From an uncultured delta proteobacterium (lineage in GTDB: Bacteria; Desulfobacterota; Binatia; Binatales; Binataceae), in contig CAWJFQ010000001.1 in NCBI GenBank assembly GCA_963842215.1, positions 1,030,156-1,094,155 of the forward strand: 64,000 nt of DNA, given 5' to 3'. Below the pieces are notes generated by a model. That model did not search any database. It had not been told where the DNA came from and saw nothing but the letters and a program-made list of their open reading frames with translations. Each line of letters begins with the position of its first letter. Within the stretch, counting starts at the first letter, position 1. Shown here one piece after another: positions 21,893 through 31,699 of the stretch. The translations under genes and the position numbers were made by a program.

Positions 21893-22194
21893 TAATAGTT
21901 GAAGTGGACGAGGACCTGAGCGACCTGATTCCAGATTTTTTGGCACACAAGCGCGCCGACGTCGCCGCGATTTTCGCTGCGGTTGAGCGCCACGACTACG
22001 CGGCCATCAGCAGCCTTGGGCATCGGATCAAGGGCGACGGGGGCAGCTATGGATTCGACTCGATGACCGAGCTGGGCCGCTCGCTCGAGCAAGCAGCCGC
22101 GATGCGCGACGATGCCGCGGTCACGGCGCTAGCGCACGAGCTGCTCAACTACATGGATAGCGTCAAGGTAGTGTTCCAGCCGTCCAAGGAATAG
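21880..22194 (+). CDS. Hpt histidine phosphotransfer protein
   Basis: 104 aa with a GTG start overlapping the kinase stop by 13 nt, and an AGGAGG ribosome-binding site 4 nt upstream. Carries the Hpt motif GHRIKGDGGSYGF (phospho-His in HxxKG). Confidence 0.7.
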   Translation: MPDLVIVEVDEDLSDLIPDFLAHKRADVAAIFAAVERHDYAAISSLGHRIKGDGGSYGFDSMTELGRSLEQAAAMRDDAAVTALAHELLNYMDSVKVVFQPSKE

Positions 22195-22287
22195 CTCAGC
22201 CGCATCTGTGGCATCCGAGCCGGCGCCGAGAACCGGCGTGGGCATGCTTGCGCGCGGCGCGAGCGCGATGCTACCCATCGAAGCCGA

Positions 22288-23049
22288 TTGCGCAGCTCGA
22301 CTAATCCATCTGCCGTCTCCTTTTCCGTGCGACTGGCCGTCGCCGTCGCGACCTCGTGCCTCGCAATTCTTGCCTGCGTCGATGCTAACGCGCAGGTCGA
22401 AATACCTGCGTCGGTCGGAGCCTATGCGTCGGCGATAACCGAATTGCTGAAGGAACGCGGCAAGCGTCCGATCGAGCCGGTGTTCGAAGGCGGCATGCAG
22501 GCGGCGCCGGAACTACAAGCGGTCCTGCCGGATCTCAGCGAATCGCAGTATCAACAAGTTCAACGCCAAATGCAGGGCTTCATCGTGGTGCGGCTGGGGC
22601 TGGTGGTCGTGCGTCCGAGCGTCGATTACTTCAAAAATCTCGCGCGCAAGCAGGGCAGCAAAGCGGACCGCGCTTTTTTCGACATCTACCAGCTTACGGA
22701 ACCGGACAACAACGGCTCGTTCGCGGCGTACATCCAGCCGCAGAACGGCGAGACAGGATGCACGCGCTTCGACGACGGAAAGTTGATGGTCGATCTTTAC
22801 CGCGGATGGATGACGTTTCGCACCGCGTATCCCGACGACTACGCGCCCGAGGCGCAGGGTGAAATCGACAGCCTCGAATCCGAGCTGCTTTCAGGTATTT
22901 GCGCTTGCGAGAACGCGAACAAGACGGCGGCAGGACTGCAAGCCTTCGTCACAGCGTTCCCAGGCGTGCCGATCACTCCGAAGATCAAACGTAGAATCGC
23001 GCAGATTCGCAGCGGCAAATCCAGCTTTCGCTTCAACTGCCACGGGTGA
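22288..23049 (+). CDS. secreted hypothetical protein
   Basis: 253 aa with a signal peptide (LAVAVATSCLAILACVDANA) and several cysteines in the mature part. No recognisable family. Confidence 0.4.
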   Translation: MRSSTNPSAVSFSVRLAVAVATSCLAILACVDANAQVEIPASVGAYASAITELLKERGKRPIEPVFEGGMQAAPELQAVLPDLSESQYQQVQRQMQGFIVVRLGLVVVRPSVDYFKNLARKQGSKADRAFFDIYQLTEPDNNGSFAAYIQPQNGETGCTRFDDGKLMVDLYRGWMTFRTAYPDDYAPEAQGEIDSLESELLSGICACENANKTAAGLQAFVTAFPGVPITPKIKRRIAQIRSGKSSFRFNCHG

Positions 23050-23057
23050 CACGAGGA

Positions 23058-24644
23058 TCAGCTTTCGGCCAGATCCATGCCGTGCTCGCCCAACGTTGCC
23101 AGACTCAGGCCTTTGAAGGCTGGTTCTGAAGTAGCCATCGCGGCAAACACGGCGTCCGCGGTTTTCGGACGTTCGGCGCCGTCCAGCGCTTTGCCGAGTC
23201 GCGCAATTGCCTCGATGCCGGCGACGGCCTTGCCGGGGGGCGAGAACGCGAAGTTGATTCGTTGTACACGGCCCTTGAAGTTGGTGAAGCTGCCGTCGAT
23301 TTCGGGATAGGCCGCGATGGGCCAGACCTGGTTGGCCATCTGGCAGGTCTCGGTCGCGTCAGTTGACAGCACCAGCATGTAATCGAGCGCGCCGAAACGC
23401 CTGACGAACTCTTCTTCCCCGAGCGCATGCACCAGGTCGGCGCGAAACGAGATGAGCATCTTCAGCTCACCTGACGCTACTGCGGCGGCCAGACCGTTAA
23501 GTCCGTCTGACCCGAGTCCAAGCGCTGCGAGGCCGCGAGTGTTGGGATTCTTGTTCGCGCGCAGCAACAGTTCATCATCGCCGCCAGCGTCGGGGGGCGA
23601 CCAACTGTGGGCGGCGATTCGCTCCGAACCGATCGCAGTCTTCATCAATTGCTTGAGCGCGAACGCTTCTTCATTGGTGGCGTGCGCGTCGATGACGGCC
23701 GCGATCGAGTTGCCCCCGAACCGCCGCTTGTAATCCTCGATGATCGTCGCGGCGCGCCGGATGCCCTCGCCCCACGGCTCGACGACGAGTTGGTCCTTGG
23801 ACTGCACCAGCGGCGAGGTGAGACGCGTCTCGGTCTGCAGCGCGGGGAAACTGTGACGGCCTTGGTCGCACATCCAGTAGCTGTTGACGTCGGGATTGAA
23901 GCGCGGCTTGAAGCGGTAAATGCGCTCGCGATGGTGATGGATGTCGATCGAGCATCCACGCTCGCATCCGCCGCATACCGACGCGGTCCGATGCAGGTAC
24001 CAGACCCGCATCCGGAAGCGGAATTCCTTTTCGGTGAGCGCGCCGACCGGGCAGATGTCCACGATGTTGCCGGCGTAGTTGTTGTTGACCGGCTGGCCCG
24101 GATTGATGTCGATGCGGTTAAAATCGCCGCGCTCGAAAATCGCGAGCTCCGAGGTCTTGGTTATTTCGTCCAGGAAGCGGGTGCATCGCGCGCACAGGAT
24201 GCATCGCTCCTGATCGAGCATCACGCCTGAGCCGATGTCGATCGCCTTGCCCTTATGATTTTTTTCCGGCAGCGGAAAGCGCGACGGCTGCTGATCGTAG
24301 TCCATGTAGTAATCCTGCAGCTTGCATTCGCCGGCTTGATCGCAAACGGGACAATCGATCGGGTGGTTGATGAGCAGGAACTCGAGCACTGCCTTCTGCG
24401 CGGTCTTGGCCTTGCCGCTGGTGGTATGAACGACCATCCCTTCGGCTACGCGCGTGTTGCATGCGATCTGCAGCTTCGGTGCCTTCTCGACTTCGACCAG
24501 GCACATGCGGCAATTGCCGGGGACCGACAAACCAGGATGGTAGCAGTAGTGAGGAATCTCGATACCGGCCAATTCAGCCGCGTCGATGAGATTCATCCTC
24601 GCGTCCGCGTCAACTTCCTTGCCGTCGATCGTCAGCTTGGGCAT
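23058..24644 (-). CDS. nuoG: NADH-quinone oxidoreductase subunit G (short form)
   Basis: 528 aa. An N-terminal 2Fe-2S ferredoxin domain (CYHPGLSVPGNCRMCLVEV), 4Fe-4S motifs (HPIDCPVCDQAGECKLQD, CILCARCTRF), and a truncated molybdopterin-like domain. Confidence 0.85.
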   Translation of the reverse strand: MPKLTIDGKEVDADARMNLIDAAELAGIEIPHYCYHPGLSVPGNCRMCLVEVEKAPKLQIACNTRVAEGMVVHTTSGKAKTAQKAVLEFLLINHPIDCPVCDQAGECKLQDYYMDYDQQPSRFPLPEKNHKGKAIDIGSGVMLDQERCILCARCTRFLDEITKTSELAIFERGDFNRIDINPGQPVNNNYAGNIVDICPVGALTEKEFRFRMRVWYLHRTASVCGGCERGCSIDIHHHRERIYRFKPRFNPDVNSYWMCDQGRHSFPALQTETRLTSPLVQSKDQLVVEPWGEGIRRAATIIEDYKRRFGGNSIAAVIDAHATNEEAFALKQLMKTAIGSERIAAHSWSPPDAGGDDELLLRANKNPNTRGLAALGLGSDGLNGLAAAVASGELKMLISFRADLVHALGEEEFVRRFGALDYMLVLSTDATETCQMANQVWPIAAYPEIDGSFTNFKGRVQRINFAFSPPGKAVAGIEAIARLGKALDGAERPKTADAVFAAMATSEPAFKGLSLATLGEHGMDLAES

Positions 24645-24663
24645 TTTTCTTCAGCGGCTCCGA

Positions 24664-25950
24664 TCAGGCTGCTTGCTGCGCCGACCTGGTCTTGAACGGG
24701 CAGCGGCCAAGCCTGATGTGCGCCTCGAATTCATCGCGAAACTTGGTGACATAGCTCTTCACCGGCATCGCGATACTGTCGGCGAGCACGCAGATCGTAT
24801 TGCCGACCATGTTGTCGGAAATATTGTTCAGCAACTCGAGCTGCTCGATCTTGCCCTGCCCCGCTTCCATCTCGGCCATGATTTTTTCGATCCAGCCGGT
24901 GCCTTCGCGGCACGGGGTGCATTGTCCGCACGATTCGTGATGATAGAAGTGCGCGGTCGCGAGCAGCATGTCGATCAAGCAGGTGTCCTCGTCCATGACG
25001 ATGACCACGCCGGAGCCCATCGCGGAGCCAATCGCACGCATCGAGTCGAAGTCGAAAATCGCGCGTTCGGTCTCCTCCTTGTTGAGGACCGGGAATGAGG
25101 ACCCGCCCGGGATGACGCCCTTGAGTGTCTTGCCGCCGAGAACGCCGCCGCCGACGTCGTAGATGATATCCCGCAGCGGCGTGCCCATCGCTATCTCGTA
25201 TAGGCCCGGCTTATTCACGTGACCCGAGACGCCCACCAGCTTGGTGCCGGGACTCTTCTCGGGACCGATGGATTTATACCAATCGGCACCGCGATTGATG
25301 ATGTGCGGCACGTTCGCCAGCGTCTCAATGTTGTTGATAACGGTCGGGCTGCCGAAGGCGCCGACGATTGCAGGGAACGGCGGGCGGTTGCGCGGGTAGC
25401 CGCGCTTGCCTTCGAGCGATTCCAGCAGCGCGCTTTCCTCGCCGCATATGTAAGCCCCCGCGCCCTTATGCGTCCAGATGTCGACGCCATAGCCGGAACC
25501 CATCACGTCGTTGCCGACGTAGCCCGCGGCGCGCGCCTCGGCCAGGGCAGCGTCCATGCTGCGCTTCTGCACGCTGAATTCGCCGCGCATGTAGATGTAT
25601 GCGGTATGCGACCCGACCGCGCGGCATGCGATCAGGATTCCCTCGATGATGCCGTGCGGATCGTTTTCGAATTGATAGCGATTGGCAAAGGTGCCTGGCT
25701 CGCTCTCGTCGCCGTTGACGCAGACGTAAACCGGCTTCTTGGAATCCTTCGGGATGAAGCTCCACTTGACGCCGGTCGGAAACGCGGCGCCGCCGCGACC
25801 GCGGAGATTGGAGTTCTTGACCTCGTTGATAATGTCGTCGGTCGACATGTCGAACGCCTTGCGGAGCGCCTTGTATCCGCCGTTGGCGACGTAGACGTCG
25901 AGTTTGCGAAGGTCAGGGATATCCAGCCAGCGAGTCAGTATCCGTTCCAT
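24664..25950 (-). CDS. nuoF: NADH-quinone oxidoreductase subunit F
   Basis: 428 aa. NADH/FMN-binding motifs GRGGAAFPTGVKW and a C-terminal 4Fe-4S CGQCTPCREG. Collinear with the 51-kDa subunit. Confidence 0.9.
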   Translation of the reverse strand: MERILTRWLDIPDLRKLDVYVANGGYKALRKAFDMSTDDIINEVKNSNLRGRGGAAFPTGVKWSFIPKDSKKPVYVCVNGDESEPGTFANRYQFENDPHGIIEGILIACRAVGSHTAYIYMRGEFSVQKRSMDAALAEARAAGYVGNDVMGSGYGVDIWTHKGAGAYICGEESALLESLEGKRGYPRNRPPFPAIVGAFGSPTVINNIETLANVPHIINRGADWYKSIGPEKSPGTKLVGVSGHVNKPGLYEIAMGTPLRDIIYDVGGGVLGGKTLKGVIPGGSSFPVLNKEETERAIFDFDSMRAIGSAMGSGVVIVMDEDTCLIDMLLATAHFYHHESCGQCTPCREGTGWIEKIMAEMEAGQGKIEQLELLNNISDNMVGNTICVLADSIAMPVKSYVTKFRDEFEAHIRLGRCPFKTRSAQQAA

Positions 25951-25978
25951 GTGAACTCGGGTGCGTTCGTCGTGTGGT

Positions 25979-26512
25979 TCAGGCGGGGTGCTTTTCGCTG
26001 AGCGCCATCAGTTTTTGTTTCTGACCCTGGATTTTTCGCTGCAGCGCCATCAGCGCGTCGAGCACGCCCTCAGGCCGCGGCGGACATCCGGGAACATAGA
26101 CATCAACCGGGACGATCCGGTCGATGCCGGGCAGAGTCGCGTAGTTGTCGTAAAATCCGCCGGTCGAGGCGCATGCGCCGAATGCCATCACCCATTTCGG
26201 CTCGGCCATCTGCTCGTACACGCGTCGCAAAATCGGCCCCTGTCGAACGGTGACGGTGCCGATGACCATCAGCAAATCGGCCTGGCGCGGAGTGAAGCGC
26301 GGCAGCAGCGCGCCAAAGCGGTCGATGTCGTACGGGGTCATCGAGAGCGACATATATTCCATCGCGCAGCATGCGGTCGCGAACGGGTAGGGAAAGATCG
26401 AAAATTTTCGCGCCCATCCGAGCGCCTTGTCGAGCCGGGTCAATACCGCGGTATCTCCCAATAGCAGTTCATCGCCGCTGCCGGACTGGAGCCCGCTTTT
26501 AGTTAATGCCAT
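25979..26512 (-). CDS. nuoB: NADH-quinone oxidoreductase subunit B
   Basis: 177 aa. Carries the N2-cluster motifs ATACCAMEYM, GACASTGG and VPGCPPRPE of the 20-kDa subunit. Confidence 0.9.
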   Translation of the reverse strand: MALTKSGLQSGSGDELLLGDTAVLTRLDKALGWARKFSIFPYPFATACCAMEYMSLSMTPYDIDRFGALLPRFTPRQADLLMVIGTVTVRQGPILRRVYEQMAEPKWVMAFGACASTGGFYDNYATLPGIDRIVPVDVYVPGCPPRPEGVLDALMALQRKIQGQKQKLMALSEKHPA

Positions 26513-26614
26513 CGATGCCTCAAGCGCTTGATATATTCGTTAGATCGTTGCAGTAGAAGGCTAGCAAGCATCACGTCGACGCGTCAACGAAGTCTAATGA
26601 AACGGCCCCTCTGA

Positions 26615-28540
26615 GTGAAGCAAAACTTCCACTGCCGCAGCGCAGCGGCGACCAGCGTCGTGGTCGTGATGCTGGCTTTAGGGGCCTGCTCCCGCGCGTC
26701 GAAGAGTACAGCGCCGGCGCCCATCCCTGCCAATATCGACGAACTCAAGTCGGCGGTATCGGCGATCCTGGAAAAATACAGTGTGCCGGGGGTCGGAATC
26801 GCGCTAGTCACCAAGGATCAAGTGGTATGGACGGGCGGGGTCGGCAAGGCGGACCTCGCCACCAATCGCGAGGTGACAGCAGACACGATGTTCCGCGTCG
26901 GATCGATCACCAAGGGCTTCGTTGCGCTGGCCGCGCTGCAGCTCGCCGAGCGAGGCAAGCTGAGTCTCGATGAAAAGGTCGCGGACGTTGCACCGGAGAT
27001 ACCGGTCGTAAATCCCTGGGAAGCGACAAATCCGGTGACGCTCGCGCAACTGCTCGAGCATACGGCAGGCTTCAACGATTTCTCGCTGGCAGAATTTTAC
27101 GATTTCACCTCGCCGCCCGACAATCCACGGCCACTGCGATGGACGCTCACTCATTTCCGCGGTCCCGAGCAGGTGCGATGGAAGCCTGGCTCGCGGACGT
27201 CTTACTCAAATCCCGGTTACGGACTGGCCGGCTATATCGTCGAGAAAGCAGCCGGTGTTCCGCTCGAAGATTACGTCGCGGCGAACATCCTGCGGCCGCT
27301 CGGCATGACGCATTCTGACATGCGGCTGACGCCCGCGGTGAAGGACGCGCTTGCGCAGGGCTACGACAACCAATCGCCGGTACCCTACTTTCCGATCTAC
27401 TTGCGGCCCGCAGGCGAGCTCAAATCGTCGCCCAACGAGATGGCACGATTCGTCCGCATGATGCTGAATCGCGGCGAGCTCGACGGCGTGAGGATCGTCA
27501 GTCCCGAATCGATCACCAGAATGGAAACACCCGAGACTTCGCTCGCCGCGCGCGCCGGTCTGAAGGATGGCTACGGCCTTGGCAACTACGAGGACGAAGG
27601 AGAAGAGCTGACTCAGCACGGACACGACGGCGGTATCGACGGTTTCCTGTCGCGCTACGTTTATATTCCAGAAGCGGGCGCCGGTTACTTTTTCTCGATC
27701 AATGATTACTCATCGAGTTCGCCTGCGACTGGCCCGGTGCACGAGATCGAGCAGTTGCTTTACGCGTACATGACGCGCGGCGTGGCCGCCCATCAGCAGC
27801 CTGCCACCAAGCTACCACCGGGAGCGTCGGAGTGGACCGGCTACTACGAGTTCGCGTCGCCGCGGCAGGAAAAGTTGCGGTACGCTGACCTGTTGCTGGG
27901 CGGACAATTCGTCAGCATCAAGCACGGCGCGATGCGGGTGCGGCCGGTCCTGGGCCCGCCACGCGCCCTGATCCCCGTCGGCGGCAACCAATACCGCACC
28001 CGTAAGAGTGAAGCCGCAACGGCGATCTTCACCACCGACGGCAAAGACAACATCGTGATGGTCATGGCGATGGCACCCGAAATTCCGGTGCCTGAATATT
28101 TTGTCAAGAAGAGTCCCGTCTGGCCGATGACGCGGTTGGCGCTCGTGCTGACAGCCGCGGTACTGATGCTGTCGTCGGTCCTGTTCGCACTTATTTGGAT
28201 ACCGCGCAAGATTCTCGGCCGAGAGGTCGAGCATATGGCGATTCGAATCCTTCCGCTGCTCGCGACTGTCTCACTGATCGCCGGATTCGCGATGGCGCTG
28301 ACTTCGTCGCCTATTTACCTCGCGCGCGAGGGTGAGGCGTCGCTCACGTATTTCATCGGTACGATCGCGTTCGCGATCTTTTCGGTCATCGGACTCGCGC
28401 TCGCGCTTGGGTCGTGGCGCTGGCAAGTCCATCGGGGAGTGCGGATACATTCCTTCCTGGTCGCGATGGCATGTGTGGGACTAACGAGCTACCTCACCTA
28501 CTGGGGCCAGGTAGGCGTCCGGTTCTGGCGGCCGTGGTAG
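26615..28540 (+). CDS. beta-lactamase-family serine hydrolase (probable lipoprotein) with C-terminal 4-helix membrane domain
   Basis: 641 aa. Lipobox-like LALGAC, then a class C / esterase-type SxxK motif (GSITKGF) and a YSN motif. The last ~180 aa contain four hydrophobic helices. Confidence 0.7.
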   Translation: MKQNFHCRSAAATSVVVVMLALGACSRASKSTAPAPIPANIDELKSAVSAILEKYSVPGVGIALVTKDQVVWTGGVGKADLATNREVTADTMFRVGSITKGFVALAALQLAERGKLSLDEKVADVAPEIPVVNPWEATNPVTLAQLLEHTAGFNDFSLAEFYDFTSPPDNPRPLRWTLTHFRGPEQVRWKPGSRTSYSNPGYGLAGYIVEKAAGVPLEDYVAANILRPLGMTHSDMRLTPAVKDALAQGYDNQSPVPYFPIYLRPAGELKSSPNEMARFVRMMLNRGELDGVRIVSPESITRMETPETSLAARAGLKDGYGLGNYEDEGEELTQHGHDGGIDGFLSRYVYIPEAGAGYFFSINDYSSSSPATGPVHEIEQLLYAYMTRGVAAHQQPATKLPPGASEWTGYYEFASPRQEKLRYADLLLGGQFVSIKHGAMRVRPVLGPPRALIPVGGNQYRTRKSEAATAIFTTDGKDNIVMVMAMAPEIPVPEYFVKKSPVWPMTRLALVLTAAVLMLSSVLFALIWIPRKILGREVEHMAIRILPLLATVSLIAGFAMALTSSPIYLAREGEASLTYFIGTIAFAIFSVIGLALALGSWRWQVHRGVRIHSFLVAMACVGLTSYLTYWGQVGVRFWRPW

Positions 28541-28543
28541 CGG

Positions 28544-29545
28544 TCAGGAAATTCGCAGGACGCCGGCGCCTTTGATCTCGTCGTGCTTGAGCATCTTGAG
28601 CGCGACGTTGGCTTCGGCGAGACCAAAAGCAACCGTACTGGTCCGAATCGGTATCTCGCCCGCTAGCTTCAGGAACTCTTCGCCGTCCGCACGAGTGTTG
28701 GCAGTCACGCTGCGAAGTTCTTTTTCGTAGAAAAGATGTTTTTCGTAATCGAGCGTAGGAATCGAACTCAAATAAATTCCTGCGACCGCGAGGATGCCGC
28801 CGCGATCGAGCGCTTCCAGAGCCGGCAGCACCAGGTTTCCCGCCGGAGCGAACAGTATCGCAGAGTCGAGCGGTACAGGAGGAGGATCTTCCGCATTACC
28901 GATCCATTCGGCGCCAAGCTCTTTCGCCAGATCGCGATGAGGCCCGCCGCGGCTCATAACAAACACACGACATCGCCAATGACTCAGCACCTGAATCGCG
29001 AGATGCGCCGAGCCGCCGAAGCCGTAAAGCCCGACCGTCGCGCCCGGCCTGACCTCGGCGCGCTTGATTGCACGGAACCCGATTATGCCCGCGCACAGCA
29101 GCGGCGCCGCTTCCTCATCGCCGAGCGAATCGGGGAGCGTGTAGGCGAAATCCTCGCGCACCACAGCGTATTCGCAGTAGCCGCCGTCGTGATCGTAGCC
29201 GGTGAAGCGCGCGTTCGGGCAAAGGTTCTCGCGGCCGCGACGACAGTAGACGCAAATGCCACAGGTCTCCCGCAGCCACGCGATCCCGACGCGATCGCCT
29301 TGACGGAAACGATTTGCGCCGACACCGCGCTTATCGACGACGCCCACCACCTCGTGACCCGGAATGATTCGCTGATGACGCGGCGGCAGGTCACCTTCCG
29401 CCACGTGAAGATCGGTCCGGCATACGCCGCAAGTGCGCACCTTTACCAGGATTTCGCCTGGCCCCGGCTCGGGCAGCGGTGCGTTGATCGGGTGGAGCGG
29501 ATCCGATTCGATCGGCGCAGGCTTTTCGACCACCATCGCTTTCAT
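28544..29545 (-). CDS. zinc-dependent alcohol dehydrogenase family protein
   Basis: 333 aa. GHEVVG catalytic zinc motif, a structural-zinc Cys cluster (CGICVYCRRGRENLC), and a Rossmann GFGGSAHLA. Confidence 0.8.
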   Translation of the reverse strand: MKAMVVEKPAPIESDPLHPINAPLPEPGPGEILVKVRTCGVCRTDLHVAEGDLPPRHQRIIPGHEVVGVVDKRGVGANRFRQGDRVGIAWLRETCGICVYCRRGRENLCPNARFTGYDHDGGYCEYAVVREDFAYTLPDSLGDEEAAPLLCAGIIGFRAIKRAEVRPGATVGLYGFGGSAHLAIQVLSHWRCRVFVMSRGGPHRDLAKELGAEWIGNAEDPPPVPLDSAILFAPAGNLVLPALEALDRGGILAVAGIYLSSIPTLDYEKHLFYEKELRSVTANTRADGEEFLKLAGEIPIRTSTVAFGLAEANVALKMLKHDEIKGAGVLRIS

Positions 29546-29657
29546 ACAAAATATTATAATAGACGAGCCCGCTTTTGGCTTGCGAAAAAGCTCTTTAAGC
29601 AGTCAAAGCCAAAGAATTGTGTGGCCTTTGTCGGCATGCTCTACTTGAGCGGAACGA

Positions 29658-30812
29658 ATGCAGGCGCTCAAACAATCTCAACCATCGGGCCAGCTTTCGT
29701 TTGCGCGCGCCGATAATAACTCCACGCTGGTCATCCGGCTCGCCGGCGACTGGCATCTTCGTCACGGCCTCCCAACGCATGCGGACCTGGAGAAACAGCT
29801 CGACACCGCGCCCAAGCCGACCAAGCTGACCTTCGACGCCGCCGAGCTTCGCGACTGGGACAGCGGCCTGCTCACATTTCTTCTTGGGGTCAGCGAGATT
29901 TGCCACAAACGCAAACTGACCGCGGATTGGTCGCCGCTGCCCGAGGGCGTGCGCAGTCTGATTCAGCTGGCGGAGGCGGTGCCGGAAAAAACCGGCGCGC
30001 GGCACGAGGCGTCGCATAGCTCGTTCATCGAGGAGATCGGGCACGAAGCTATTTCCTATGCGCAGGGGCTCGACGATTTTCTGCGCTTCCTGGGTGAAGT
30101 GGCGATCTCGTTCGCCAAGCTGGCCGTAGGCAGGGCGCGTTTTCGCAGGGTCGACCTGATGATCGTGCTACAGGATTGCGGCGCCAGCGCTTTCGGAATC
30201 GTGACGCTGGTGACCTTCCTGGTCGGGGTGATTCTCGCATTTATGGGCGCGGTACAGTTGCAGCAGTTCGGCGCGACCATCTTCGTTGCCGACCTTGTCG
30301 GAATTGCGATGAGCCGCGACATGGGCGCGATGATGACGGCGATCATCATGGCGGGCCGCACCGGGGCAGCATTTGCCGCACAACTCGGCTCGATGAAGGT
30401 GACACAGGAGATCGACGCGCTGACCACGATGGGAATCTCGCCGCTCGAATTCCTCGTACTGCCGCGGGTGCTGGCGCTCTTCCTGATGATCCCGCTGCTT
30501 TGCGTTTACGCCGATTGCCTGGGCGTGGCGGGAGGAGCATTCGTCGGCGCGACGATGCTGCATATTTCGCTCGGTCAATATCTTCGCGAAACCGCACAAG
30601 CGGTCACTCTCACCGACATCTTTGGCGGAATTTTCAAGGCCGCCGTTTACGGCATTATCATCGCGGTCGCCGGATGTTTGCGCGGATTCCAGTGCGGCGA
30701 CAGCTCGTCGGCGGTTGGCGACGCGGCAACCGAGGCGGTGGTCACCGGAATCGTCTACGTAATCGTCGCGTGCGGGATCTTCGCGTTCGTCTTCAACGTG
30801 CTGGGACTTTAG
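29658..30812 (+). CDS. ABC transporter permease (MlaE/YrbE family) with N-terminal STAS (anti-sigma-antagonist-like) domain
   Basis: 384 aa. The first ~110 aa form a STAS-like domain (TLVIRLAGDWHL…LTFDAAELRDWDSGLLTFLL). The remainder is a 5-6 TM MlaE-type permease. Confidence 0.75.
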   Translation: MQALKQSQPSGQLSFARADNNSTLVIRLAGDWHLRHGLPTHADLEKQLDTAPKPTKLTFDAAELRDWDSGLLTFLLGVSEICHKRKLTADWSPLPEGVRSLIQLAEAVPEKTGARHEASHSSFIEEIGHEAISYAQGLDDFLRFLGEVAISFAKLAVGRARFRRVDLMIVLQDCGASAFGIVTLVTFLVGVILAFMGAVQLQQFGATIFVADLVGIAMSRDMGAMMTAIIMAGRTGAAFAAQLGSMKVTQEIDALTTMGISPLEFLVLPRVLALFLMIPLLCVYADCLGVAGGAFVGATMLHISLGQYLRETAQAVTLTDIFGGIFKAAVYGIIIAVAGCLRGFQCGDSSSAVGDAATEAVVTGIVYVIVACGIFAFVFNVLGL

Positions 30813-30850
30813 GCTGAGCAACCCAAACCGGACCAACCCGTCGCGCTGAA

Positions 30851-31699
30851 ATGTCTATCACCCACCCATCAACCAAGAGCTCGGACGGCAAGCCAGTCTC
30901 GATCGAGAGATTCCCCGAGGACGGACCGCCGCCAATCACCGTCAAGGATCTCACGATGGCTTACGGAACGTTCGTGCTGATGAAGGACATAAATTTCACC
31001 GTGAAGCACGGTGACATCTTCATAGTGATGGGCGGCAGCGGCAGCGGCAAAAGCACCTTGCTGCGACACATGCTCGGACTGATCGAGCCTGCGAAGGGCG
31101 AGGTTTTTTATGGAGATTTCAATTTCACCAAGGCCGAGCCGCTGCAGCGGGAGGAGATGCTGCGGCATTTCGGCGTTCTGTACCAGGGCGGCGCGCTGTG
31201 GAGCTCGATGACGCTGGCGGAGAACGTCGGGCTGCCGCTCGGCGAATTTACCGATCTATCAGATGAGGAGATTCACGAGGTGGCGTCGCTGAAGCTGGCG
31301 CTGGTAGGACTCAAGGGCTTCGAGGGCTACTACCCGAGTCAGATCAGTGGTGGGATGCAGAAACGCGCCGGCCTTGCTCGCGCGATCGCGCTGGACCCGG
31401 AAATACTTTTCTTCGACGAGCCGTCGGCCGGCCTCGATCCGATAAGCTCACGCCTGCTCGACGACTTGATCCTGGAACTGCGCGACAACCTCGGCGCGAC
31501 CATCGTGGTCGTGACTCACGAGCTCGCCAGTATTTTTGCCATCGGCAACAACAGCATTTTTCTCGACGCTGAGAGCAGAACCATGATCGCGCACGGGGAT
31601 CCCAAGGACCTGCTCAAGAATTGCAAAGATCAGCGCGTCCAGACTTTCCTCACTCGCGGAGGAGAAGACGCGAACAAATCAGCGAGGAGCCATGGGTAA
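30851..31699 (+). CDS. ABC transporter ATP-binding protein (MlaF-like)
   Basis: Walker A GGSGSGKST, signature SGGMQKRAGLARA, Walker B ILFFDEP. Confidence 0.8.
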   Translation: MSITHPSTKSSDGKPVSIERFPEDGPPPITVKDLTMAYGTFVLMKDINFTVKHGDIFIVMGGSGSGKSTLLRHMLGLIEPAKGEVFYGDFNFTKAEPLQREEMLRHFGVLYQGGALWSSMTLAENVGLPLGEFTDLSDEEIHEVASLKLALVGLKGFEGYYPSQISGGMQKRAGLARAIALDPEILFFDEPSAGLDPISSRLLDDLILELRDNLGATIVVVTHELASIFAIGNNSIFLDAESRTMIAHGDPKDLLKNCKDQRVQTFLTRGGEDANKSARSHG

